This document shows, one piece after another, positions 1 through 7,310 of a stretch of 14,429 nucleotides of DNA. Position 1 is the first letter of the stretch, and each line of letters opens with the position of its first letter. The position numbers were made by a program, and so were the translations under genes. The notes under the pieces were generated by a model that had not been told where the DNA came from, ran no database searches, and saw only the letters and a list, made by a program, of their open reading frames with translations. The DNA comes from Deinococcales bacterium (lineage in GTDB: Bacteria; Deinococcota; Deinococci; Deinococcales; JAAFIG01), in contig JAYWGM010000088.1 in the NCBI GenBank assembly GCA_043778225.1, forward strand, positions 1-14,429, in the 5' to 3' direction.

Positions 1-9
1 AACATTTCC

Positions 10-96
10 GACTAACAGGAGTAAGGGTGACGTATCTCACGCCGTAATGACAGATTTGCCGTTTTGTGAAAAATCTAAAATGCAGGCGTGAGATAC
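10..96 (+). repeat. Structured dispersed element, copy 1 (nested inverted repeats; candidate recombination site, mobile-element end or ncRNA)
   Basis: Perfect 12-bp inverted repeat GTATCTCACGCC (32-43) / GGCGTGAGATAC (85-96) enclosing AGATTT (52-57) / AAATCT (71-76). Aligns with one indel to the reverse complement of 14342-14429. Confidence 0.75.
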
Positions 97-152
97 TTAG
101 AACTTCTTCACTCGAGCCGACGCGCCCTGCCTAAGCAAAAATGCCGATAAGT

Positions 153-464
153 CTTGAATGCTTTCTTGAGGCTGGCGCTGAACCAAGTAGCGGCTCAAAT
201 CCCGATGATTTACAAATCGGTATGCGTTGGATTCCACTTTTGGGACTCGAGCAGCAAGCACTTTATCCAAAAGCCCTTGCTCAAGCCTTAGTACATTGTT
301 TACTAAATGCTTTGACTATTTTCCGCTTCGCTCCAAAGAGTCTCCGCACTCGTCAACAATGTACTTTGTGTTCACTCGCATAGTTCGCAAAAATTCTACG
401 AATTTATTTAACAGTGTACTTAGCAATGCCTGAGCGCGGTGTTTACTTAGGTGGCGTTAATTAA
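153..464 (+). pseudogene. 3' remnant of a NUDIX-family hydrolase gene, interrupted by a MITE
   Basis: Removing 291-422 gives LECFLEAGAEPSSGSNPDDLQIGMRWIPLLGLEQQALYPKALAQAL-AMPERGVYLGGVN* (TAA 462-464). This resembles NUDIX C-termini (PD..Q.G..W.PL..L....LYP and a terminal VYLGxVN). The Nudix box and N-terminus are missing. Confidence 0.65.
291..419. mobile_element. 129-bp MITE (non-autonomous element)
   Basis: Terminal inverted repeats GTACATTGTTTACTAAAT (291-308) and ATTTATTTAACAGTGTAC (402-419), 15/18 matching. Flanked by duplicated TTA (288-290 and 420-422; equivalently CTTAG). Excision restores a continuous reading frame. Confidence 0.8.
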
Positions 465-540
465 GTGCGCCTTGGCTTGTGCCTATCCCACGTCAAGAAC
501 TTGGTTTTGAAACTTAATCTTCTCGAGATGGGGTTTTTCG

Positions 541-804
541 TTATCGGCGTTTAATCAATCGCTCATACTCATTATGCAGACCAATCCAAAACCATAAATA
601 CCCTGTTGGAACTTTAATCGCTAAGGCTCGGTACGAATCGTTGACTCGAGCCGACCAGAGTTCACTACCTACTTCCTTAAAATGCAGTGAAGGATGCTTT
701 GGATTTTCTTCGAGTAGCCCGTGTTGTTTGTCAGCTAATCGTTGAACTTCGAGCGGTAATGCGTAATAAAACGCCCAGAATCTTGGTGTGGTTTGGTGAT
801 TCAC
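541..804 (-). CDS. Type II toxin, RelE/ParE/HigB superfamily (87 aa)
   Basis: The likely start is the GTG at 804, overlapping the upstream stop (GTGA). Motifs TTPRFW..Y..LP, NPKHPSLHFK, WSARV...YRALA and WFWIG.H.EYERL are typical of this toxin group. Confidence 0.85.
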   Translation of the reverse strand: MNHQTTPRFWAFYYALPLEVQRLADKQHGLLEENPKHPSLHFKEVGSELWSARVNDSYRALAIKVPTGYLWFWIGLHNEYERLIKRR

Positions 805-1031
805 CGTTTTGATACTCGCCCAGCGTTGTAGTCTGCTCGTGCCTCTGCCATCAGCGCGTCTAAATGACCTGCGTTTAAGTCCTGCTCGAGTTGGACATCC
901 CATTCTTCTTGAGAAATTGGTGCTTGATTTAAGTTTTGGATTTCCTCGAGTAAGCGCCCTGCAATTTGATTTTGGGTAGCTTCGGGCAGCGTGTTTAAGG
1001 ATTGAATGGCTTTTTCTAGTACCTGCGTCAT
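801..1031 (-). CDS. Cognate antitoxin (76 aa), probably leaderless
   Basis: MTQVLEKAIQSL..LP...Q..IA.....WD.QLE.D..AG.LD.L..EA...Y.AG pattern typical of partners of this toxin. TACCAT -10 box 7 nt before the ATG at 1031. Coupled to the toxin gene. Confidence 0.8.
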   Translation of the reverse strand: MTQVLEKAIQSLNTLPEATQNQIAGRLLEEIQNLNQAPISQEEWDVQLEQDLNAGHLDALMAEARADYNAGRVSKR

Positions 1032-1123
1032 GGCAAGAATGGTAGCACAGATTGCAGGCGTTAGCTTGTGCTTATGTCGCGCTAAAAAACTTATTTTGCT
1101 ACTCGTTTCTTGCCCCAAAGCGC

Positions 1124-2131
1124 TTAAATTCCCGAAATGCCAACCACAAGACTCGAGACCACAACCAGACCCAAAAAGCCAATCGCGCCAATCCCAAGGG
1201 CTTTAGCACCAACCCGTCGCACTGCCTTCAAATCTACCCCCAAGCCAATGCCAGCCATTGCCATGGCGGTAAAAGCAATCGAGAGCGTCTGGGCAAAACT
1301 CGAGACTTCCTTGGGCAACCAGCCGAGCGAATTAATAAGCCCAACTGCCAAAAACCCAAGTAGAAATTGCGGCAGCACTGGCTGGCGTTGGGTTTCTTTG
1401 GTCTCGAGTTTTGCATCTCGGATTCGCAATATGCTCGAGGCAATCACCAAAGCAGGCGCAAGTAAAGCAACTCGAGTTAATTTTGCTAAAGTGGCGGTGT
1501 CTAAGGCGCTGCTGCTGACACTGGCGGCGGCAATCACCTGACCAACTTCTTGTAGGGTGCTGCCAGTCAGTATGCCGTACTGCAAATCGGTGAGCCCAAG
1601 TGGCTGGCGCAGCAATATAAAGCCAAGCACGCCAAATGTACCGAGTAAACTGACCGTACCAACGGCTAGACTGACCTCTTCATCTTTGGCATTTGAAATA
1701 CTGCCAGCCGCTACGGCTGCCGACGCACCACAAATACCCGTGCCAAATGCCAGACTCAAACGCAATCCTCTGGTCAATCCAGCCCGTTTACCAAGTTCGT
1801 TGACACCAAGAATACCAATCAGCACCATCAGTCCATCCAAAAGTAAAATCAGTGGTCCTGAACTCATCAGGCTCGAGAAATTTAAGCGCACCCCAAGCAG
1901 CACAATCCCAAGGCGCAAAATTGTTTTGGCACTGTAAGAAATACCAGCTTTAAGACTCGAGGGCAGCGCGATACTCGAGCGCACAGCGATACCAAGCACC
2001 AACGCCCAGCCTAAAACTCCAAGAATTTTAAGACCCACAATACCCGGTAAAAGATTAGGGATTCCAGCGATAACGGCGGCAATTGCGGCTATACCTAAAC
2101 AAGTCAGAATGCCAAGGGTGTATTTGGGCAT
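1124..2131 (-). CDS. YeiH/UPF0324 (putative sulfate exporter family) membrane protein
   Basis: 335 aa multi-pass hydrophobic protein with family motifs LRLGIVLLG.RL, GTGICGASA and T..KLTRVALLAP. Confidence 0.9.
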   Translation of the reverse strand: MPKYTLGILTCLGIAAIAAVIAGIPNLLPGIVGLKILGVLGWALVLGIAVRSSIALPSSLKAGISYSAKTILRLGIVLLGVRLNFSSLMSSGPLILLLDGLMVLIGILGVNELGKRAGLTRGLRLSLAFGTGICGASAAVAAGSISNAKDEEVSLAVGTVSLLGTFGVLGFILLRQPLGLTDLQYGILTGSTLQEVGQVIAAASVSSSALDTATLAKLTRVALLAPALVIASSILRIRDAKLETKETQRQPVLPQFLLGFLAVGLINSLGWLPKEVSSFAQTLSIAFTAMAMAGIGLGVDLKAVRRVGAKALGIGAIGFLGLVVVSSLVVGISGI

Positions 2132-2194
2132 GAATGCTGCACAGTCTAACGTTTTTGAGGCATAGAAATTGGTTGTGACGAATGTCTCGAGTTT

Positions 2195-2219
2195 AATTCC
2201 GAGTAAACCGATAGACTTT
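2195..2219 (+). promoter_or_regulatory. Candidate Rrf2/IscR-like operator overlapping a TAGACT -10 box upstream of the iron ABC genes
   Basis: AATTCCGAGTAAACCGATAGACTTT matches 16/25 positions of the IscR type-1 consensus ATASYYGACTRWWWYAGTCRRSTAT as I recall it. It lies 23 nt before the start codon. Confidence 0.4.
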
Positions 2220-2242
2220 AATAGTTCAATTCGGAGGAATCT

Positions 2243-3238
2243 ATGAAGACAATCTTTTTAACCGCACTCGCAGCCATTATTGTGGCAGCCACCGCCGCTT
2301 CACAAACCCAAGAACTAACCGTTTACACCGGACGCGGTAAAGGGCTGGTGGACCCATTGGTGCAAGCCTATCAAGCCGAAACAGGAGTCAAAGTCAATGT
2401 TCGTTATGGCACAGATGCCCAGTTATTGGCGGCAGTCCAAGAAGAAGGCGCACGTTCGCCAGCCGATATTTTCTGGGCAAACACCTCTGGCAGCCTTGGC
2501 TTACTGAGTAAAAACAATCAATTCTTAAAACTCTCGAGCGTTATCACCAACAAGCCCAGTTTCTTTGTCCCTGAAAGTAAAACTTGGACTCCGCTCTCGA
2601 TTCGTTTTCGGGTTTTAGCCTACAACCCCGCCAAAATTAAAGCCGCCGATTTACCAAGCAGTGTTATGGATTTACCAAAAATGACCGCCCTCAAGGGTCG
2701 AATTGGTTGGACTCCAGCCTATGCCAGTTTCCAAGACTTTGTCGGCGCAATGGCTGCCACCAAGGGCGACGCTGCCACCAGCCAGTGGTTGGCTGGTATG
2801 AAGACACTCGAGCCAAAGTCTTATGGCACAAACAATGTTCAGATGCTCGAGGCACTGCGGGCTGGCGAAATTGATGTCGCCCTGACCAACCATTATTATG
2901 TGCTGCGCTTTACCAAAGTTGGCTATGCGATGGGAACACACTATTTTCAAAACGGCGATGTTGGTTCGCTGGCTTTGGTGACGGGTGCGGGTGTCCTAAA
3001 AACCAGCAAAAAACTGGTGGCTTCGCAAAAATTCCTAACTTGGCTGCTCTCGAGTAAAGCCCAGCAGTTCTTTAGTGGTGAAATTTTTGAATACCCTGTG
3101 GTCAAAGGAGCAATTCTGCCAAGCAGCTTACTGCCCCTGAACGAGATGATTAACCGCAGTCCAAAAATAGATTTTGACAAACTAGCAGATTATGTAGACA
3201 ACGCCCAAAAACTGCTGCGCGAACAGGGACTTCTGTAG
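2243..3238 (+). CDS. Fe(III) ABC transporter substrate-binding protein (FbpA/FutA/SfuA family)
   Basis: Signal peptide, LTVYTGR, EEGARSPADIFW and the NHYY double-Tyr iron ligand motif. GGAGG ribosome-binding site. Confidence 0.92.
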   Translation: MKTIFLTALAAIIVAATAASQTQELTVYTGRGKGLVDPLVQAYQAETGVKVNVRYGTDAQLLAAVQEEGARSPADIFWANTSGSLGLLSKNNQFLKLSSVITNKPSFFVPESKTWTPLSIRFRVLAYNPAKIKAADLPSSVMDLPKMTALKGRIGWTPAYASFQDFVGAMAATKGDAATSQWLAGMKTLEPKSYGTNNVQMLEALRAGEIDVALTNHYYVLRFTKVGYAMGTHYFQNGDVGSLALVTGAGVLKTSKKLVASQKFLTWLLSSKAQQFFSGEIFEYPVVKGAILPSSLLPLNEMINRSPKIDFDKLADYVDNAQKLLREQGLL

Positions 3239-3241
3239 AGC

Positions 3242-3299
3242 AGGTAAAAAGGTCAAAGGGTTAAAACTTTTACCTTTTTACCCTTTACCCTTTTTACCT
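3242..3299 (+). repeat. Intercistronic stem-loop built from short tandem 7-8-nt repeats
   Basis: AGGTAAAAAGG (3242-3252) pairs with CCTTTTTACCT (3289-3299). Alternatively GGTAAAAAGGT (3243-3253) pairs with ACCTTTTTACC (3272-3282). Confidence 0.7.
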
Positions 3300-3301
3300 T
3301 T

Positions 3302-4873
3302 ATGAATCAACGACCCTATGCGGCTCGCCGCGCACCACTTGCTTTGGTGCTGTTTGCCTTGGTGGTTGCCTCGAGTATTCTGATTCCATTGTTTTATTTG
3401 GTGGTGCGGGCGCTCGAGGCGGATGGCTCGAGCTTACAAGAAATTGTTTTTCGTGAACGCAATTTGCTGCTGCTTGGCAACACGCTTTTATTGGCAATTT
3501 CAGTGCTGCTTGGCGCAACCTTAATTGCCCTACCCGCCGCATGGCTAACGGCTCGAGCCAAGTTGCCATTTTCAAGATTCTGGGTGATTGCCGCAACCCT
3601 TCCTTTGGCTGTGCCGGGCTATGTTGGCGCGTTTGCCTTGCTGGCTGCCAGTGGTTCTGGTGGGACGCTCCAAGCCTTGGGCATTTCCTTGCCCCGATTG
3701 GATGGCTTTTGGGGGGCAACGGCTATTTTGGCAATCTATGGTGCGCCTTATTTATTTGTCAATCTCAACAATGCTCTACAAAACACCGACCCAGCCCTCG
3801 AGGAAGCATCCCGCAGTTTAGGCTACTCGAGATGGCAGGGTTTTTGGCGAATTACTGTGCCACAGCTTCGCCCCGCTTGGCTATCTGGCGCACTTTTAAT
3901 CACGCTTCATGTGCTGGGCGATTTTGGTGTGGTCAGTTTAATGCGCTTTGAAACTTTTTCCTTTGCGATTTACACCCAGTACATCAGCAGCCTTGACCGG
4001 GTGTATGCCGCATGGCTGGCATTAATTCTATTGCTGCTGACGGTTGTTATCCTTGGACTCGAGGGGATGGCGATGCGCCGTGTCTTTCTAGCCCGCAATC
4101 CCAAAAATACCCGTTCGGTATCGCCCGTTTCGCTTGGTTTTTGGACAATCCCAGCTTTGATGCCGTTGGCTTTGTATGTCGCCATAGCCGTGGCGTTGCC
4201 AATTGTTACAGCCCTGCATTGGATGGCTCGAGAACCGCAGAGTCTTTTCTATAATCCGTGGGCAGAACTCTGGCGGGCGACCCTCGGGACGCTTTCGGCA
4301 GCCGTGCCAGCCGCCTTTTTATGTGCCGCCTGTGCTTTGCCCTTGGCATATTTGGCGGTGCGCCACCAAGGGCGTTTATCAGCTTGGCTCGAGCGCAGCA
4401 GTTATTTGGGTTATGCCACGCCACCTTTGGCATTGGCACTGGCACTGATTTTTGTGACTTTGCGGCTTGTGCCAGACCTCTATCAAACCCTATGGCTGCT
4501 TATTTTTGCCTACACAGTGCATTTTTTAGCCGAAAGCATCGGACCGATTCGTAGCCAACTGTACCAAGTCCCCGTTCGGCTCGAGGAAGCCGCCCGAAGT
4601 CTTGGTTTACGCAGTTCAGAAGTCCTGTGGCGGGTGCTTGTGCCACTTTTGGCTCGAGGAGTGCTGGCGGGAGTGGCATTGGCTTTTTTAAGTGCTGCCA
4701 AGGAATTGCCATTGACCACGATTCTTGCGCCATCTGGTTTTGAAAGCCTTGCCAAAAATGTGTATGGCTACACCTCCGAAGCGATGTTTGGCAAAGCTGC
4801 ACCCCATGCACTGGCTTTAATTTTGGTCTCGAGTGCTTTTATTGGGCTGGTTTTACCGCGCAAAAAAAATTAA
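3302..4873 (+). CDS. Fe(III) ABC transporter permease (FbpB/FutB family)
   Basis: 523 aa with two EAA loops (LEEASRSLG, LEEAARSLG), plus LPLAVPGYVGA and KELPLT. Directly follows the binding-protein gene. Confidence 0.93.
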   Translation: MNQRPYAARRAPLALVLFALVVASSILIPLFYLVVRALEADGSSLQEIVFRERNLLLLGNTLLLAISVLLGATLIALPAAWLTARAKLPFSRFWVIAATLPLAVPGYVGAFALLAASGSGGTLQALGISLPRLDGFWGATAILAIYGAPYLFVNLNNALQNTDPALEEASRSLGYSRWQGFWRITVPQLRPAWLSGALLITLHVLGDFGVVSLMRFETFSFAIYTQYISSLDRVYAAWLALILLLLTVVILGLEGMAMRRVFLARNPKNTRSVSPVSLGFWTIPALMPLALYVAIAVALPIVTALHWMAREPQSLFYNPWAELWRATLGTLSAAVPAAFLCAACALPLAYLAVRHQGRLSAWLERSSYLGYATPPLALALALIFVTLRLVPDLYQTLWLLIFAYTVHFLAESIGPIRSQLYQVPVRLEEAARSLGLRSSEVLWRVLVPLLARGVLAGVALAFLSAAKELPLTTILAPSGFESLAKNVYGYTSEAMFGKAAPHALALILVSSAFIGLVLPRKKN

Positions 4874-5934
4874 CGGGTAGCACCTGGGTCGAGCATCCCT
4901 GTGCGGCAGTCCAGCACAAATTGATGGGTGATGCTAAACGTGCCATTGCCGTAGCCAATTTTCATGGCTTTGCGCCCCGAACCAACCACACAGCGACTGC
5001 GAATCAGACCATTTTGGGCTTTGATGGTTTCTTCGTTTGCGCCGTTGTTTTCAAATAACACCACAGTCTTGTTGGCATTAGGGAAACGCAACTCGAGTGT
5101 AAAGCTGTCCTCGCGTTTGGCTTCGAGGGTGGCACGCAAGGCAAATGGTGCATCGCGCTGCACGGTCACACCTGCCGTACCAGAAAAATCATTAGGCAGA
5201 CGAATCGTGCCTTGGGTCAAGAACGAATCATTTGAACCCGCTTTACGCCAGCCCAACTGCACCACCAGATTCGGGCTAAATTCAAGGTTTCTCGAGAACC
5301 GCCCAGTCGCATCGGTTTTAAGAAGACCAAGGTATTGCTGACCCGAAAAAAGTGCCAATTCTAAACCAAGGTTGGCTGTTCCCTCGAGTTTGACCTGACG
5401 CAGTTCGATAATAGCCCGTTTGCTGTCGGCAATCACCTCAAGTTGGCGCTGCACAAAATTTTGTACGCCGTAAACACGACCATCGTCGGCGGCAAAAACC
5501 CCAATGCCAATATGGGTGTACTCGCGGTTTAAGATTCCAGCCCGATGCGGTGGGCTGTTCATCCATTGGAACATCAATTTTGCGCCAGTCGTGTTGGGGC
5601 TTTCAAAGTTATAAGCAATGTTCTCGCCAGCCCCAAAATCCAAGCCGCCGGCTCGATGAAAGCGTTTTGTTGGCGTTTCAAAGCCAGCCTTATCCGAATC
5701 GTGGGCAAAAAAGTCTCGAGTTGCCATGTCTTGGGCGTGTAAACGAGCCGCCGCCCGTAAGCGTGCGTCAAATTTGAGGGCTGGTAAACCGATCGCCGCC
5801 CGTTCGCGGTTGGTGGACTCGAGAATCACCTGTTCGGCAAACTCTAAGCCAGTGCTGTTGGGCAGTGGTGGCAGTGGGTCGAATGCTAAGGCGACACTGG
5901 CTAAACCAAGCAGGGCAAGAAAAATTCTTTTCAT
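4870..5934 (-). CDS. Secreted CAP/SCP-domain protein (YkwD-like) with an uncharacterised C-terminal region (354 aa)
   Basis: The start at 5934 gives the signal peptide MKRIFLALLGLASVALA, with TAAACT 7 nt upstream. CAP motifs N.ER, AA..HA.DMA..DFFAH, GENIA, WMNSPPHR..IL and IGIG. Confidence 0.88.
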   Translation of the reverse strand: MKRIFLALLGLASVALAFDPLPPLPNSTGLEFAEQVILESTNRERAAIGLPALKFDARLRAAARLHAQDMATRDFFAHDSDKAGFETPTKRFHRAGGLDFGAGENIAYNFESPNTTGAKLMFQWMNSPPHRAGILNREYTHIGIGVFAADDGRVYGVQNFVQRQLEVIADSKRAIIELRQVKLEGTANLGLELALFSGQQYLGLLKTDATGRFSRNLEFSPNLVVQLGWRKAGSNDSFLTQGTIRLPNDFSGTAGVTVQRDAPFALRATLEAKREDSFTLELRFPNANKTVVLFENNGANEETIKAQNGLIRSRCVVGSGRKAMKIGYGNGTFSITHQFVLDCRTGMLDPGATR

Positions 5935-6023
5935 ACCGAACAGTTTAGCGCATTTTTCAAATTCTCGAGCTGGTGTGGTTTGCCCTACCAAAAAAATACA
6001 GTCAAGCGCTAGACTGGCGCTTG

Positions 6024-7082
6024 ATGAGCAAAGGTCGAGTATTAGCCGCCATGTCGGGTGGCGTGGATTCAAGTGTCACCGCCGCCTTACTGCGCGACGA
6101 TGGTTATGAAGTGATTGGCGCGATGATGCGTTTCTGGCCCGACCAAAAACGGGTCTCGACTTTTGATTCGTGCTGCTCACCCGATGCGGCTTACGAAGCC
6201 CGCCGCGTGGCTGACCATTTGGGTTTGCCGTTTTACTTACTCGATTACCGCGAGGTCTTTGAAGAGAACATCATCGCGCCTTTTGTGCAAGAATACCGCG
6301 AGGGACGCACCCCAAACCCGTGTGTACTTTGCAACAGCAAAGTTAAATTTGACCATTTGGTCAAAAAAGCCCAGATGCTTGGCTGTGATTTTGTGGCGAC
6401 TGGGCATTTTGTACAGCGCATAGACAACGGAATCCAACCAGAATTTCATCGTGGCAACGACCCACGCAAAGACCAAACTTATTTTTTGTGGGGAACACCG
6501 CGCCACTCGCTCGAGAAGGTGCTGTTTCCTGTTGGGCATCTCGAGAAACCAGCCGTGCGTGAATTGGCTCGAGGCTACGGGTTAATCACTGCCGAGAAAG
6601 CCGAGAGCCAAGACATTTGTTTTGTGCCAAATACGATAAAAGATTATATTTCTGAACGTATCGCACCAAAGTCGGGCGAGATTATCGATATGCTTGGAAC
6701 AGTTGTGGGCGAACATGAAGGCACACAGTTTTATACCATCGGGCAAAAAAAGGGCATGAAACTGCACCAAAGCCATATTGAACAATTTATTGTGCGAATA
6801 GATGCAGCTAAAAACCAGATTGTGGTTGGTAGTAAAACCGATTGCAGCAGCGCCACACTCGAGGCTCGAGGTGTAAATTACTTGGTAGACCTCGAGCAGT
6901 TACCGACTGACCTCGAAGCCCAAGTCCGTTACCGCACTGCGCCCGTTCCAGCTAAATTAACTCGAGCCGAAGCGACTGGCTTTAGCTTGGAATTTCTCGA
7001 GCCACAATTTGCGGTCACGCCCGGACAGAGTGTGGTGCTGTACAGTGGGACAAGGTTGCTTGGTGGCGGGTTTATTGTATAA
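6024..7082 (+). CDS. mnmA: tRNA-specific 2-thiouridylase MnmA
   Basis: PP-loop AMSGGVDSS, TPNPCVLCN, ATGH, KDQTYFL, ESQDICF, YTIGQ and AVTPGQS. TAGACT at 6010-6015 supports a start at 6021 or 6024. Confidence 0.97.
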   Translation: MSKGRVLAAMSGGVDSSVTAALLRDDGYEVIGAMMRFWPDQKRVSTFDSCCSPDAAYEARRVADHLGLPFYLLDYREVFEENIIAPFVQEYREGRTPNPCVLCNSKVKFDHLVKKAQMLGCDFVATGHFVQRIDNGIQPEFHRGNDPRKDQTYFLWGTPRHSLEKVLFPVGHLEKPAVRELARGYGLITAEKAESQDICFVPNTIKDYISERIAPKSGEIIDMLGTVVGEHEGTQFYTIGQKKGMKLHQSHIEQFIVRIDAAKNQIVVGSKTDCSSATLEARGVNYLVDLEQLPTDLEAQVRYRTAPVPAKLTRAEATGFSLEFLEPQFAVTPGQSVVLYSGTRLLGGGFIV

Positions 7083-7085
7083 CTA

Positions 7086-7116
7086 GCAAGCAAAAAACTT
7101 TGGTCAAAAGACCAAA
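7086..7116. repeat. Direct-repeat copy 1 of a terminator-like hairpin (copy 2 at 8782-8813)
   Basis: GCAAGCAAAAAACTTTGGTCAAAAGACCAAA versus GCAAGTAAAAAACTTTGGTCAAAAAGACCAAA: one substitution and one indel. Confidence 0.8.
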
Positions 7117-7271
7117 AATGAAGTGGCAAAAGTCAATTTCGAGCAATTATCGTACACAGTCAAAAACGCATTCATACCTTATCGGTAGAAGTTCCCAAGA
7201 ACCCTGAAACTCGAGAAAGGCGGGTTGCTAAAGCTGTTCAAGCCCTCCAAAACAATCAATACGCCATTTAA
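7111..7271 (+). pseudogene. 3' remnant of a YdeI/OmpD-associated (OmdA) family gene with a frameshift
   Basis: Removing a duplicated AC at 7156-7157 gives TKNEVAKVNFEQLSYSQKRIHTLSVEVPKNPETRERRVAKAVQALQNNQYAI*, matching the F..LSYS.......K.PETR.RR..KA pattern. The 5' part is absent. Confidence 0.7.
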
Positions 7272-7310
7272 CCAATGTGATTTGTGTATCTTGGCTCATA
7301 CAATAGCCTT

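Noticed and set aside
17..47. Leader peptide (AGGAG then GTG ACG TAT CTC ACG CCG TAA)
   Set aside because: The Shine-Dalgarno-to-start spacing and the peptide are not conserved in copy 2.
10..110. Canonical integron attC site
   Set aside because: GACTAAC resembles an inverse core, but no complementary GTTRRRY follows the hairpin, copy 2 has TAAA instead of TAAC, and no integrase is in view. Kept only as one hypothesis.
141..433. ORFs 141-383 and 227-433 as genes
   Set aside because: Both are explained by the NUDIX remnant reading into the MITE.
805..1118. N-terminal extensions of the TA ORFs (starts at 903 and 1118)
   Set aside because: Family-like sequence begins at 804 and 1031, supported by the stop-start overlap and a -10 box.
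5935..6072. Overlapping divergent starts of the CAP gene (6072) and mnmA (5973)
   Set aside because: The signal peptide, PP-loop position and -10 boxes place the starts at 5934 and 6021/6024, removing the overlap.
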